From Prevotella sp. (lineage in GTDB: Bacteria > Bacteroidota > Bacteroidia > Bacteroidales > Bacteroidaceae), in assembly GCA_017471245.1 (NCBI GenBank), contig JAFUVB010000064.1, forward strand, positions 49,270-113,269: a stretch of DNA of 64,000 nt, read 5' to 3'. Position 1 is the first letter of the stretch, and each line of letters opens with the position of its first letter. The notes beneath the pieces are model-generated. The model was given only the letters and a program-made list of their open reading frames with translations. It was not told where the DNA came from and ran no database searches. The position numbers were made by a program, and so were the translations under genes. Below are positions 27,541 to 37,768 of this stretch, piece after piece.

Positions 27541-28821
27541 TCACGGTCTTCTGTCGCGAATCTTCCTGACATTGCGGAACTGCGCCCACGGACTCTTGGG
27601 ATCAGACGTGTAGGGAGATTCATTCGGCACGTAGAGCATGCCGTCTTTGATGAATGCCTTTGAGAAACTGTCTTTCTTGATCTTCGGCGGAATGCCGCTC
27701 TTCATGGTTACTGATTCCAGCGAAGAGCATCCGTTGAAGGCATCGCCGCCTATTTCCTTCACGCTGTTGGGTATCTCTATGCGGCGCAGCGAGGTGCATC
27801 CGCGGAACGAATTGCCCGATATCGACTTGATGGAGTTGGGGATGGTGATGTGTTCCAGGTTGCTGCAATTGCGGAATATGCTCGACGGGATTGACTTCAA
27901 ACTGCTTGGGATGTTCACAATGCGCAGGTTGGAGCAGTCTTCAAAGGCACTCGAACCGATGTCGCTCACGCCATTTGGAATATAGATAGAGTCGAGGCTG
28001 GCACATCCCTTGAAGGCATCGTGGCTGATCGACTTGATGTTTGTGGCTATTTTCATTTCCTCCAGGCTTGAGCATCCTTCAAACGTGCTGCTCGCAATGC
28101 TGCTCATGCTGGTGGTGCAGGAGAATGACTTGAGCGACACGCATTTCTTGAACGCTTCGCTGCCAATATATTTCACGCTGTTGGGCAGGCTGATTTCCTC
28201 TAACGAGGAGCAGTTCTCAAAGGTGGAACTGCTGATTCGCTCCACGGTGTTGGGCAGGTTCACGTGGCGCAGACTGGAGCAGCTGTTGAACAGGTTGGCT
28301 GGCAGTGTCTTCACGCCGTTGGGAATGGTGATGTCTTCCAGTGCCGTGCATTTCTTGAAAGCACCGGTTCCGATGCTTCGTATGCCGTTGTGGAGCGTGA
28401 CTTCCTTCAATGCTGTGCATCCTTCGAATAGTCCTGTGGCAATCTCTGTCACGCTTGTGGGGATGGTAATGCTTTCTAAGCCCGAACAAGCATAGAAGGC
28501 ATTGCTTCCGATCTTGGTGACTGTGGTAGGAATTGTCACTGATGTGAGCGTGGCGCAGTCGCGGAATGCTCCGGCATCGATGGCTTCCACATAGTATGTG
28601 ATACTGTCTTCAGTGATTTTTTCCGGGATAACGATGTCGCCTACGTAGAGGTTCTTGCCCGCAATCACGCGTGCCTTGTTGCTTTTGGCATTCACTGCAT
28701 AGTTGATACCGTCTACATTGATCTTATCCGACTTCTTGACGGGTGCCGCAAGCGCTGTCTGGCAAGCTGCCAAGGCTGCTATGGCGAGCATAATGATGAT
28801 GGGCTTTTTTCCAATTCTCAT
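27541..28821 (-). CDS. BspA/TpLRR-type leucine-rich repeat surface protein (ORF track start 28887)
   Basis: Many LxxIxIPxxVxxIgxxAFxxCxxL repeats; signal peptide; VDGINY N-cap. Confidence 0.93.
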   Translation of the reverse strand: MRIGKKPIIIMLAIAALAACQTALAAPVKKSDKINVDGINYAVNAKSNKARVIAGKNLYVGDIVIPEKITEDSITYYVEAIDAGAFRDCATLTSVTIPTTVTKIGSNAFYACSGLESITIPTSVTEIATGLFEGCTALKEVTLHNGIRSIGTGAFKKCTALEDITIPNGVKTLPANLFNSCSSLRHVNLPNTVERISSSTFENCSSLEEISLPNSVKYIGSEAFKKCVSLKSFSCTTSMSSIASSTFEGCSSLEEMKIATNIKSISHDAFKGCASLDSIYIPNGVSDIGSSAFEDCSNLRIVNIPSSLKSIPSSIFRNCSNLEHITIPNSIKSISGNSFRGCTSLRRIEIPNSVKEIGGDAFNGCSSLESVTMKSGIPPKIKKDSFSKAFIKDGMLYVPNESPYTSDPKSPWAQFRNVRKIRDRRP

Positions 28822-28991
28822 GATTTCCTGTTTTAGGTTCGTAAAAAAAACTTTTGCAAAAATAATCAAAAAAGGGAAAACGACCAATAATTTTCAATAT
28901 AAATTGCAAATGTTTGCAAATTAATTGCTACCTTTGCACGCGTTTTAAAACAACTGTGCGGGAAGCACACATAATTAACAATTACACATAT

Positions 28992-29342
28992 ATGTATTTT
29001 ACTTTGTTTATTACCGTTATCCTAACGGCCATTACCTTAGTGGTGGCAGCCTATGCCATTGCAAAGTTAGTGGGACCACGTTCATACAACAAGGTGAAAG
29101 GTGAACCATACGAGTGCGGCATACCCACTCGCGGATCATCCTGGCTGCCTGTCAGCGTGGGGTTCTATCTCTTTGCAATCCTGTTTCTCATGTTCGACGT
29201 GGAAACAGTGTTCCTCTATCCATGGGCAGTGGTTGTTAAGGAATTCGGTGTTATGGCAATAGTCAGCATCGGATTCTTCTTGTTGGTTCTTGTATTTGGC
29301 TTGGCTTACGCCTGGCGGAAAGGAGCGCTGGAATGGAAATAA
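28992..29342 (+). CDS. nuoA: NADH-quinone oxidoreductase subunit A (ORF track start 28914)
   Basis: KGEPYECG, FLMFDVETVFLYPWA and AWRKGALEW motifs. Confidence 0.96.
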   Translation: MYFTLFITVILTAITLVVAAYAIAKLVGPRSYNKVKGEPYECGIPTRGSSWLPVSVGFYLFAILFLMFDVETVFLYPWAVVVKEFGVMAIVSIGFFLLVLVFGLAYAWRKGALEWK

Positions 29343-30040
29343 AGCCAAAAATCAAGAGCATTCCCTACGAGGAATGGAACGACAACTCCTCTTTGGAGAA
29401 GTTGGTAGACGAACTTCACGAAGGTGGAGTGAACGTAGTGACCGGCTCTTTGGACAAACTCATCAACTGGGGGCGTGCCAATTCGTTGTGGTCGCTCACG
29501 TTTGCCACGTCATGTTGCGGTATTGAGTTCATGGCGTGCGGATGTTCGCGCTATGATTTTGCCCGTTTCGGTTTCGAGGTAACCCGCAATTCACCCCGCC
29601 AGGCCGACCTGATCATGTGCGCTGGAACAATCACCCACAAGATGGCTCCTGCCTTGAAGCGTCTGTATGATGAAATGGCAGAGCCGAAATATGTGATTGC
29701 CGTGGGCGGATGTGCCATCAGCGGCGGTCCGTTCAAGTCGAGCTATCATGTGGTGAAGGGCATCGAGGAAATCGTACCCGTAGATGTGTTCATCCCGGGA
29801 TGCCCTCCGCGTCCCGAAGCCATTATGTATGGCATGATGCAGCTGCAGCGCAAGGTGAAGATCGAGAAGTTCTTTGGCGGTGCAAACCACAAGCAGAACC
29901 GTGCCGAGCGTGAGCTTGGCGTTTCCAACGAAGAGCTGACTGCTCGCCGTTTGGGCGATCATCGGCGTGAACCCATTGTGGTTAAGGATGTGCCCCAGGA
30001 GTTTATTGATGAATTAAAGAGTAAGGAGGAGCAAGCATGA
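29333..30040 (+). CDS. nuoB: NADH-quinone oxidoreductase subunit B
   Basis: FATSCCGIE, SPRQAD, GGCAISGG and VDVFIPGCPPRPEA motifs. Confidence 0.96.
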   Translation: MEIKPKIKSIPYEEWNDNSSLEKLVDELHEGGVNVVTGSLDKLINWGRANSLWSLTFATSCCGIEFMACGCSRYDFARFGFEVTRNSPRQADLIMCAGTITHKMAPALKRLYDEMAEPKYVIAVGGCAISGGPFKSSYHVVKGIEEIVPVDVFIPGCPPRPEAIMYGMMQLQRKVKIEKFFGGANHKQNRAERELGVSNEELTARRLGDHRREPIVVKDVPQEFIDELKSKEEQA

Positions 30041-31650
30041 AATTAGAGTTCTTATCATTTCCGTTTGAAAAGTTCGCTGACGAAATGCGGAACTTAAAAG
30101 AGAAGAAGCACTTCGACTACCTCGTGACCATCATCGGCGAAGACTTCGGTGCTGAGGAAGGGCTCGGATGTATCTACATTCTTGAGAATACCAACACCCA
30201 TGAGCGTTGCTCGGTGAAGATGCTTGCACGCACGCAGGTGTGCGGCGACGGTATCGCATCCAACGGGAGCGGCGAGACCGACGGGCAGCTCATTCCTTAT
30301 ATCCCCACCGTTTCTGCCATCTGGAGAGTGGCCGACCTGTTAGAGCGCGAGGTGTATGACTTCTTCGGAATCGTGTTCCTCGGTCATCCCGACATGCGCC
30401 GCCTCTTCCTCCGTTCTGATTTCAAAGGCTATCCTTTCCGCAAGGACTGGAAGTTCAATGATGAATATACGCTTGAGGATGATGTGGAACCCGACTACGG
30501 GATGGAGTATTATTTAGATGCTGAAGGCAATCTGCAGAGCAAGAAAAACATGCTCTTCACCGACAACGACTATGTGATCAACATCGGTCCTCAGCACCCA
30601 AGTACCCACGGAGTGCTCCGTCTGCAGACAGTTCTCGACGGAGAGACCGTGAAACGTGTTTATCCGCATCTCGGATATATCCATCGCGGTATTGAAAAGA
30701 TGTGCGAGAATATGACATATCCGCAAACCCTTGCTTTAACCGACCGCCTTAACTACCTGAGTGCCATGATGCACCGTCATGCGCTTGTAGGTGTCATTGA
30801 AGAGGGCTTAGGAGTTGAGCTAACCGACCGTATCAAGTATATCCGCACAATTATGGATGAGTTGCAGCGAATCAACTCACATCTGCTCTATGTGGGGTGC
30901 TGTGCTCAGGATATGGGTGCTCTTACGGCATTCCTATATTCAATGCGCGACCGCGAGCATGTGCTCAATTGCATGGAAGAAACCACGGGCGGGCGCCTGA
31001 TTCAGAACTATTACAGAATCGGCGGATTGCAGGATGACATTGATCCGAACTTCGTGAAGAACGTGAAGGACCTGATCAAGTACCTGAAACCTACAATTCA
31101 GGAGTATGTGGATGTGTTCGGCGACAACATCATCACCCACAACCGATTCGAGAAGGTAGGTCCGATGAGCCTTGATGACTGTATCAGCTATGCAGTAACG
31201 GGTCCGGCGGGCCGCGCTTCAGGGTGGAAGAACGACGTGCGCAAGAACCATCCTTACGATATGTATGATAAGGTGGAGTGGGAGCAGGTTCTCATGAGCG
31301 GATGCGACACGATGGATCGCTATACATGCCATATCAATGAGATGTATCAGAGTCTAAGCATCATCGAGCAGCTGATTGACAACATCCCGGAAGGCGACTT
31401 CTATGTGAAGCAGAAACCGGTGATCAAAGTGCCAGAAGGACAGTGGTACTTCTCTGTTGAGGGTGCCAGCGGTGAATTTGGCGTATATCTTGACTCACGT
31501 GGCGACAAGAGCCCCTACCGTTTGAAGATGCGCCCAATGGGATTATCTCTCACGGGTGCTCTCGATCCTATGCTTCGTGGTCAGAAGATTGCCGACCTCG
31601 TGGCAACAGGTGCTGCCATCGACTTTGTAATTCCCGATATCGATCGTTAA
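30037..31650 (+). CDS. nuoCD: NADH-quinone oxidoreductase fused subunit C/D
   Basis: ERE...HPDMRR...GYPFRK (C part); NIGPQHPSTHGVLRL, GYIHRGIEK and GEFGVY (D part). Confidence 0.95.
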   Translation: MKLEFLSFPFEKFADEMRNLKEKKHFDYLVTIIGEDFGAEEGLGCIYILENTNTHERCSVKMLARTQVCGDGIASNGSGETDGQLIPYIPTVSAIWRVADLLEREVYDFFGIVFLGHPDMRRLFLRSDFKGYPFRKDWKFNDEYTLEDDVEPDYGMEYYLDAEGNLQSKKNMLFTDNDYVINIGPQHPSTHGVLRLQTVLDGETVKRVYPHLGYIHRGIEKMCENMTYPQTLALTDRLNYLSAMMHRHALVGVIEEGLGVELTDRIKYIRTIMDELQRINSHLLYVGCCAQDMGALTAFLYSMRDREHVLNCMEETTGGRLIQNYYRIGGLQDDIDPNFVKNVKDLIKYLKPTIQEYVDVFGDNIITHNRFEKVGPMSLDDCISYAVTGPAGRASGWKNDVRKNHPYDMYDKVEWEQVLMSGCDTMDRYTCHINEMYQSLSIIEQLIDNIPEGDFYVKQKPVIKVPEGQWYFSVEGASGEFGVYLDSRGDKSPYRLKMRPMGLSLTGALDPMLRGQKIADLVATGAAIDFVIPDIDR

Positions 31651-31681
31651 CAATAAACGTTAAACAATAACCAATATAGTT

Positions 31682-32770
31682 ATGTTCGACTTTTCTATAG
31701 TAACACAATGGTTCGACACTCTCCTGCGCAACACGCTTGGGCTGGGAGATTTCTGGTCGATATTGATAGAATGTGTGCTGGTTGGTGTAGCCATCCTCGT
31801 GGGATATGCACTGATAGCCATCGTCCTGATATTCATGGAGCGCAAGGTGTGCGCATATTTCCAGTGCCGATTAGGCCCGATGCGCGTAGGCTACTGGGGC
31901 TTGCTACAGGTGTTTGCCGACGTGCTGAAGATGCTCATCAAGGAAATCTTCTTCGTCGACAGGGCTGATAAGCTGCTTTATGCCGTTGCGCCCATTCTTG
32001 TAATTATCGGTTCAGTAGGTGCCTTCTCGTTCCTGCCGTGGAACAACGGAGCTACTGTTCTCGACTTTAATGTAGGAGTGTTCCTTCTCACTGCCATTTC
32101 ATCAATCGGCGTGGTTGGTATTTTCCTTGCAGGATGGAGTTCCAACAACAAATATTCTGTGGTTTCTGCCATGCGCGGAGCCGTGCAGATGATATCATAC
32201 GAGATGTCGCTGTGCCTTTGCCTGATAGCAGCAGTAATCCTAACCGGTACTATGCAAATGTCTGGTATTGTGGAAGCACAGACGGGACCATGGAAATGGT
32301 TAATCTTCCAGGGACATATCCCTGCCATCATTGCATTCTTAGTGTTCCTCGTGGCAGGCAATGCAGAGGCCAACCGCGGTCCTTTCGACATGGCAGAGGC
32401 TGAGAGCGAGTTGACCGCTGGTCACCATACGGAGTATTCTGGTATGGGATTCGGATTCTTCTATCTTGCTGAGTTCCTCAATCTTTTTATCATTGCAGGA
32501 ATAGCAGCTACTGTTTTCCTTGGAGGATGGGCTCCGGTCAACATCGGAATCGGTGCTTTCGACACTGTGATGAACTACATTCCAGGCATCGTATGGTTCT
32601 TTGGCAAGTCATTTGCTCTTGTCTGGTTGCTGATGTGGATTAAATGGACGTTCCCGCGCCTGCGTATCGACCAGATCCTGAAGTTAGAGTGGAAGTATCT
32701 GATGCCGCTGTCGCTCATCAATCTTGTATTGATGACAGTTATCGTAGCTCTTGGCTTATACATAAAATAA
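31682..32770 (+). CDS. nuoH: NADH-quinone oxidoreductase subunit H
   Basis: ERK...QCRLGP, ADVLKMLIKE, QMISYE, NRGPFDMAEAESEL and PRLRIDQ motifs. Confidence 0.96.
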   Translation: MFDFSIVTQWFDTLLRNTLGLGDFWSILIECVLVGVAILVGYALIAIVLIFMERKVCAYFQCRLGPMRVGYWGLLQVFADVLKMLIKEIFFVDRADKLLYAVAPILVIIGSVGAFSFLPWNNGATVLDFNVGVFLLTAISSIGVVGIFLAGWSSNNKYSVVSAMRGAVQMISYEMSLCLCLIAAVILTGTMQMSGIVEAQTGPWKWLIFQGHIPAIIAFLVFLVAGNAEANRGPFDMAEAESELTAGHHTEYSGMGFGFFYLAEFLNLFIIAGIAATVFLGGWAPVNIGIGAFDTVMNYIPGIVWFFGKSFALVWLLMWIKWTFPRLRIDQILKLEWKYLMPLSLINLVLMTVIVALGLYIK

Positions 32771-32810
32771 GACTTATACGACTAATATGACTTATAAGAC
32801 ATATTAAGAA

Positions 32811-33356
32811 ATGGAAGAAAATAAAACATATTTTGGAGAAATCGGTCATGGTCTGAAGACATTGGCTACTGGCATGAAGGTCACTTGGAAAGAGTATTTC
32901 AAGGACTTTTTCACCAACAAGTCTACAGAGCAGTATCCCGAAAACCGCAAGACGACTCTCCATGTTGCCAAGCGCCATCGCGGGCGTTTGGTTTTCAAGC
33001 GCAATGACGATGGCTCTTACAAATGCACCGCCTGCACATTGTGCGAGAAGTCTTGCCCCAACGGAACCATCAAGATTCTTTCCTACATGCAGGAAGATCC
33101 TGAAACGGGAAAGAAGAAGAAGGTTTTGGACGATTATCAGTACGACTTGGGCGACTGCATGTTCTGCCAGCTTTGTACAAATGCATGCAATTTCGATGCC
33201 ATCGAGTTCACGAATGATTTCGAGAATGCAGTGTTTGACCGCAGCAAGCTGGTGTTGCATCTTGACAAGGAAGTCTATCAGGGCGGTTCCCTGCCTGATT
33301 TGATTGATGGCGGCGCACCGTTTGAAGTGGGCAAGTTTAACACTAAAACCAAATAA
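32811..33356 (+). CDS. nuoI: NADH-quinone oxidoreductase subunit I
   Basis: Two 4Fe-4S motifs, CTACTLCEKSCP and CMFCQLCTNAC. Confidence 0.95.
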   Translation: MEENKTYFGEIGHGLKTLATGMKVTWKEYFKDFFTNKSTEQYPENRKTTLHVAKRHRGRLVFKRNDDGSYKCTACTLCEKSCPNGTIKILSYMQEDPETGKKKKVLDDYQYDLGDCMFCQLCTNACNFDAIEFTNDFENAVFDRSKLVLHLDKEVYQGGSLPDLIDGGAPFEVGKFNTKTK

Positions 33357-33367
33357 GGAGCAGAATT

Positions 33368-33880
33368 ATGGCTAATATCATTGTATTTGCAATTCTCGCC
33401 GTTGTCATCCTCGGCTCTGCCGTTATGTGTGTGACAACCAAGCGGATTATGCGGGCAGCCACTTTCCTGCTGTTCGTATTGTTTGGCATTGCAGGTATTT
33501 ATTTCCTGCTTGACTACACCTTCCTGGGCGCTGCACAGATAAGCGTGTATGCCGGTGGTGTTACGATGATCTATATCTTCGCAATCCAGCTGGTGAACAA
33601 GCGCACCCTTCAAGGACTTGTAGAGCGTATGAAAGGAAGCCGTGTTGTTTGCGGCGCACTTCTCTCGTTGTTAGGACTCGCCACCGTAGTTGTGGTGTTC
33701 CTGAAGAATAGCATGATCAACAGTTTTTCCGGCATGCCCGATCAGGAAGTGTCGATGGAGATTGTCGGTAATTCGCTTCTCGGTGCCGAGCGCAACGGCT
33801 ATGTGCTCCCGTTTGAGTTCATTTCCGTGTTCCTGTTGGCATGTATCATCGGTGGTTTGTTAATTTCAAGAAAGGAGTAA
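33368..33880 (+). CDS. nuoJ: NADH-quinone oxidoreductase subunit J
   Basis: AQISVYAGG and YVLPFE motifs; operon position. Confidence 0.93.
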   Translation: MANIIVFAILAVVILGSAVMCVTTKRIMRAATFLLFVLFGIAGIYFLLDYTFLGAAQISVYAGGVTMIYIFAIQLVNKRTLQGLVERMKGSRVVCGALLSLLGLATVVVVFLKNSMINSFSGMPDQEVSMEIVGNSLLGAERNGYVLPFEFISVFLLACIIGGLLISRKE

Positions 33881-33883
33881 GCT

Positions 33884-34192
33884 ATGGTACCAGTAGAATA
33901 TTTCTTCGTGCTCAGTGCACTGTTGTTCTTCATCGGAGTGTTCGGATTTATCACACGCCGCAACCTGATTGCCATGCTCATCTCCACTGAGTTGATTCTC
34001 AACGCCGTTGATATCAACTTTGCTGCTTTCAACCGCATCCTGTATCCTGACCAGCTGGAGGGCTTCTTCTTCACGCTGTTCGCTATTGGTGTGGCAGCCG
34101 CCGAGACGGCAGTGGCTATTGCTATTATTATTAATGTATACCGTAATGTTCATAGTGACAATGTGAACAGCATTCAGGAATTGAAAAATTAG
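33884..34192 (+). CDS. nuoK: NADH-quinone oxidoreductase subunit K
   Basis: RRNLIAMLISTELILNA and AAAETAVAIAI motifs. Confidence 0.95.
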   Translation: MVPVEYFFVLSALLFFIGVFGFITRRNLIAMLISTELILNAVDINFAAFNRILYPDQLEGFFFTLFAIGVAAAETAVAIAIIINVYRNVHSDNVNSIQELKN

Positions 34193-34207
34193 AAATGAAA
34201 ATCAGTT

Positions 34208-36205
34208 ATGGAATATAGTTATGTATTTTTAATTCTTCTTCTTCCGCTGCTCTCGTTCCTTTGTCTGGGACTTGCGGGTATGAAGATGTCACATAAGGTG
34301 GCTGGTATCCTTGGAACCACGTCGCTTGCAATTGTGACTATATTGAGCTATTATACGGCAATTGAGTATTTCCTCGTGATTGGCAGGGATGCTGCAACGG
34401 GAATGTATCCTGTTGTCACCCCGTTCAATTTCACCTGGCTCGATTTCGGTACGATCAACGGAATGCAATTGCTGTTTACTCTCGGCTTCCGCCTCACTCC
34501 AATCTCGGTGATGATGCTGATAGTGATCTCCACAGTCAGCCTGATGGTTCACATTTATTCATTCGGCTACATGCATGGAGAGAAGGGTTTCCAGCGCTAT
34601 TACGCATTCCTGAGCCTGTTCTCTATGTCGATGTTGGGTTTGGTTGTTGCCACAAACATCTTCCAGATGTATCTTTTCTGGGAGTTAGTGGGAGTTAGTT
34701 CCTATCTGCTTATTGGATTCTATTATCCGCTGCATGCAGCAGTTGCAGCCAGCAAGAAGGCATTCATCGTAACTCGCTTTGCCGACCTGTTCTTCCTCGT
34801 TGGAATTTTGTTCTATAGCTACTACGTGGGTACGTTCAGTTTCGACCTCAATGCGATGCCTGAGCTTGCATCTCGCCTCGACGGATGCTATTGGTTGCTG
34901 CCGATGGCGCTGTTCCTGATGTTCATCGGAGGTGCCGGCAAGAGTGCAATGTTCCCTTTGCACATCTGGCTGCCCGATGCCATGGAAGGTCCGACACCTG
35001 TCAGCGCACTGATTCATGCTGCTACCATGGTGGTTGCAGGTGTGTATCAGGTGGCATGCCTGTTCCCCATCTGGGTTGAATACGCCCCCGAAACACTTCA
35101 TTGGGTGGCATATATTGCTGCTTTCACTGCTTTCTATGCTGCCAGTGTGGCATGTGCGCAGAGCGACATCAAGCGTGTGCTTGCCTTCTCAACCATCTCT
35201 CAGATCGGTTTCATGTTGGTAGCACTTGGCGTTTGCCTGCCAGATGAAGGCATTGCAGCTCTTCCTCTTACCGAAGAATATGCCGATGGCAACGGTCTCG
35301 GCTATATGGCAGGTATGTTCCATCTCTTCACTCACGCCATGTTCAAGGCTTGCCTGTTCCTCGGTGCCGGATGTATCATCCATGCCGTTCACAGCAATGA
35401 GAAGAAATATATGGGCGGATTGCGCAAGTATATGCCCATCACCCATATCACATTCCTCATCTCTTGTCTTGCAATAGCCGGAATACCTCCGTTCAGTGGG
35501 TTCTTCTCGAAGGATGAAATCCTCGTGGCATGCTACAACTTCCACCCTGTGATGGGTATTGTGATGAGTGGAATCGCCATGATGACGGCATTCTACATGT
35601 TCCGTCTCTATTACGTGATATTCTGGGGCAAGAGCCACTATGAGACTGAACTTGCCAAATACGAAGCCAATCCAGCTGCTTTCCATGAGCCTCACGCACC
35701 TCATGAGGCACCGTTGACTATGACAATACCTCTGATTGTGCTGTCGGTGATCACCTGTCTGTGTGGCTTCCTTCCTTTCGGCGAGTTTGTGTCAGCCAAC
35801 GGAATAGGTTTCCATACGCACATCAACTGGGCTGTTGCCGGAACAAGTGTGCTTTTGGCTGTAATAGGCATCTGTCTTGCCACATATATGTATAAAGGCG
35901 AGGAGACTCCGGTTGCCGACATGTTGGCAAAGAAGATGCCTCGACTGCATAGAGCTGCCTATAAGCGTTTCTACATGGATGAAGTGTGGATGTATTTCAC
36001 GCATAAGATAGTATTCCGCCTGTTCTCTTACCCCATTGCATGGTTCGATCGCCACATCGTAGACGGCACATTCAACTTCATGGCATGGGGTGCCAATGAG
36101 GCAGGAGAGAGCATTCGTCCGTGGCAGAGCGGCGATGTGCGTCAGTATGCCGTGTGGTTCCTGACGGGTACAGTCGCTTTGGCGCTCGTGCTGTTGGCAT
36201 TGTAA
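34208..36205 (+). CDS. nuoL: NADH-quinone oxidoreductase subunit L
   Basis: GKSAMFPLHIWLPDAMEGPTPVSALIHAATMV, HAMFKACLFL and GFFSKD motifs. Confidence 0.96.
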   Translation: MEYSYVFLILLLPLLSFLCLGLAGMKMSHKVAGILGTTSLAIVTILSYYTAIEYFLVIGRDAATGMYPVVTPFNFTWLDFGTINGMQLLFTLGFRLTPISVMMLIVISTVSLMVHIYSFGYMHGEKGFQRYYAFLSLFSMSMLGLVVATNIFQMYLFWELVGVSSYLLIGFYYPLHAAVAASKKAFIVTRFADLFFLVGILFYSYYVGTFSFDLNAMPELASRLDGCYWLLPMALFLMFIGGAGKSAMFPLHIWLPDAMEGPTPVSALIHAATMVVAGVYQVACLFPIWVEYAPETLHWVAYIAAFTAFYAASVACAQSDIKRVLAFSTISQIGFMLVALGVCLPDEGIAALPLTEEYADGNGLGYMAGMFHLFTHAMFKACLFLGAGCIIHAVHSNEKKYMGGLRKYMPITHITFLISCLAIAGIPPFSGFFSKDEILVACYNFHPVMGIVMSGIAMMTAFYMFRLYYVIFWGKSHYETELAKYEANPAAFHEPHAPHEAPLTMTIPLIVLSVITCLCGFLPFGEFVSANGIGFHTHINWAVAGTSVLLAVIGICLATYMYKGEETPVADMLAKKMPRLHRAAYKRFYMDEVWMYFTHKIVFRLFSYPIAWFDRHIVDGTFNFMAWGANEAGESIRPWQSGDVRQYAVWFLTGTVALALVLLAL

Positions 36206-36236
36206 CATCGAAATGTCGAAATAACGTAATAGTGAA

Positions 36237-37736
36237 ATGAGTATATTAACATTATTCGTAATAATTCCCGCCCTGATGCTTTTGGGATTGTGGCTCGCCA
36301 AGAATCTCAGTCAGGTGCGTGGCGTGATGGTTGCCGGAGCATCCTGCTTGCTGGTACTATCCATCTGGCTCACCATTTATTTCATCCAGCAGCGAGCTGC
36401 GGGCAATCAGGATGTGATGCTGCTTACCTATGCTGTTGACTGGTTCAAACCGCTGAACATCAAGTATTCAGTTGGTGTCGACGGTATTTCAGTGGTCATG
36501 TTGCTGCTGTCGAGCATCATTGTGTTCACCGGAACATTCGCTTCTTGGCAGCTGAAACCGCTCACCAAGGAGTATTTCCTGTGGTTCACCCTGCTTTCAA
36601 CTGGTGTGTTCGGCTTCTTTATCTCTGTAGACATGTTCACCATGTTTATGTTCTATGAGGTGGCTCTGATCCCGATGTACTTGCTGATTGGTGTTTGGGG
36701 AAGCGGCAATAAAGAATATGCGGCAATGAAGCTTACGCTGATGCTGATGGGAGGTTCTGCCTTGCTCATCCTTGGCATCCTCGGCATCTATTTCTTCAGT
36801 GGTGCCACCACGATGAACGTGAATGAAATAGCTGCTCTGCACAACATTCCCGTAAACATCCAGAAGGTGTTCTTCCCGTTCATCTTCATCGGATTCGGTG
36901 TGTTAGGTGCCTTGTTCCCGTTCCACACATGGTCGCCCGACGGTCATGCCAGTGCGCCTACAGCCGTTTCAATGCTCCATGCCGGCGTGTTGATGAAGCT
37001 GGGAGGCTACGGTTGCTTCCGTGTTGCCATGTACCTGCTTCCTGATGCAGCTCAGGAACTGGCATGGATATTCCTGATTCTGACAACGATCTCTGTGGTA
37101 TATGGTGCTTTGAGCGCATGTGTGCAGACCGACTTGAAGTATATCAATGCCTATAGCTCTGTGTCTCACTGTGGTTTGGTGCTCTTCGCCTTGTTGATGA
37201 TGACGAAGACATCCTGCACGGGTGCCATCCTTCAGATGCTCTCTCACGGTTTGATGACGGCTCTTTTCTTTGCCCTCATCGGTATGATCTATGGCCGTAC
37301 CCACACCCGTGACATCCGCTATATGAGTGGTTTGATGAAAATCATGCCGTTCCTTGCCGTAGGCTATGTGATTGCCGGACTTGCCAACCTCGGTTTGCCG
37401 GGATTCTCTGGCTTCATTGCTGAGATGACAATCTTCGTGGGTTCATTTGCAAATGCCGATGTTTTCCATCGCACATGCACGATTATCGCCTGCTGCTCCA
37501 TCGTTGTGACGGCAGTCTACATCCTTCGAACAGTGGGATTCATCCTCTTCGGCGATGTGAAATATCCGCATTGCGATACCGTGAAACTCACCGATGCCAC
37601 TTGGGATGAGCGCGTTGCAGTGATCTGCCTGATAGCTTGTGTTGCCGGACTTGGCTGTTTCCCGCTTTGGGCAAGCCGTGTCATCGAGAGCGGCGTATCA
37701 TCTATTCTTGGCAATATCTTGATAGCAGGAATGTAA
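36237..37736 (+). CDS. nuoM: NADH-quinone oxidoreductase subunit M
   Basis: FYEVALIPMY, PFHTWSPDGH, LMKLGGYG, AYSSVSH and LANLGLPG motifs. Confidence 0.96.
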   Translation: MSILTLFVIIPALMLLGLWLAKNLSQVRGVMVAGASCLLVLSIWLTIYFIQQRAAGNQDVMLLTYAVDWFKPLNIKYSVGVDGISVVMLLLSSIIVFTGTFASWQLKPLTKEYFLWFTLLSTGVFGFFISVDMFTMFMFYEVALIPMYLLIGVWGSGNKEYAAMKLTLMLMGGSALLILGILGIYFFSGATTMNVNEIAALHNIPVNIQKVFFPFIFIGFGVLGALFPFHTWSPDGHASAPTAVSMLHAGVLMKLGGYGCFRVAMYLLPDAAQELAWIFLILTTISVVYGALSACVQTDLKYINAYSSVSHCGLVLFALLMMTKTSCTGAILQMLSHGLMTALFFALIGMIYGRTHTRDIRYMSGLMKIMPFLAVGYVIAGLANLGLPGFSGFIAEMTIFVGSFANADVFHRTCTIIACCSIVVTAVYILRTVGFILFGDVKYPHCDTVKLTDATWDERVAVICLIACVAGLGCFPLWASRVIESGVSSILGNILIAGM

Positions 37737-37768
37737 TGTTTCATTTATAATTCAAAGATTTAATTGAA

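Noticed and set aside
27541-28821. LRR protein as an anti-phage or NLR-like defence gene
   Set aside because: It has a signal peptide and BspA-type repeats with no NTPase or effector domain; a common surface-protein class.
29333-31650. Group 4 [NiFe]-hydrogenase interpretation of the nuoB-CD genes
   Set aside because: The large subunit lacks both Ni-binding CxxC motifs (it has DRLNYLSAM and DFVIPDIDR instead), and no maturation genes are present.
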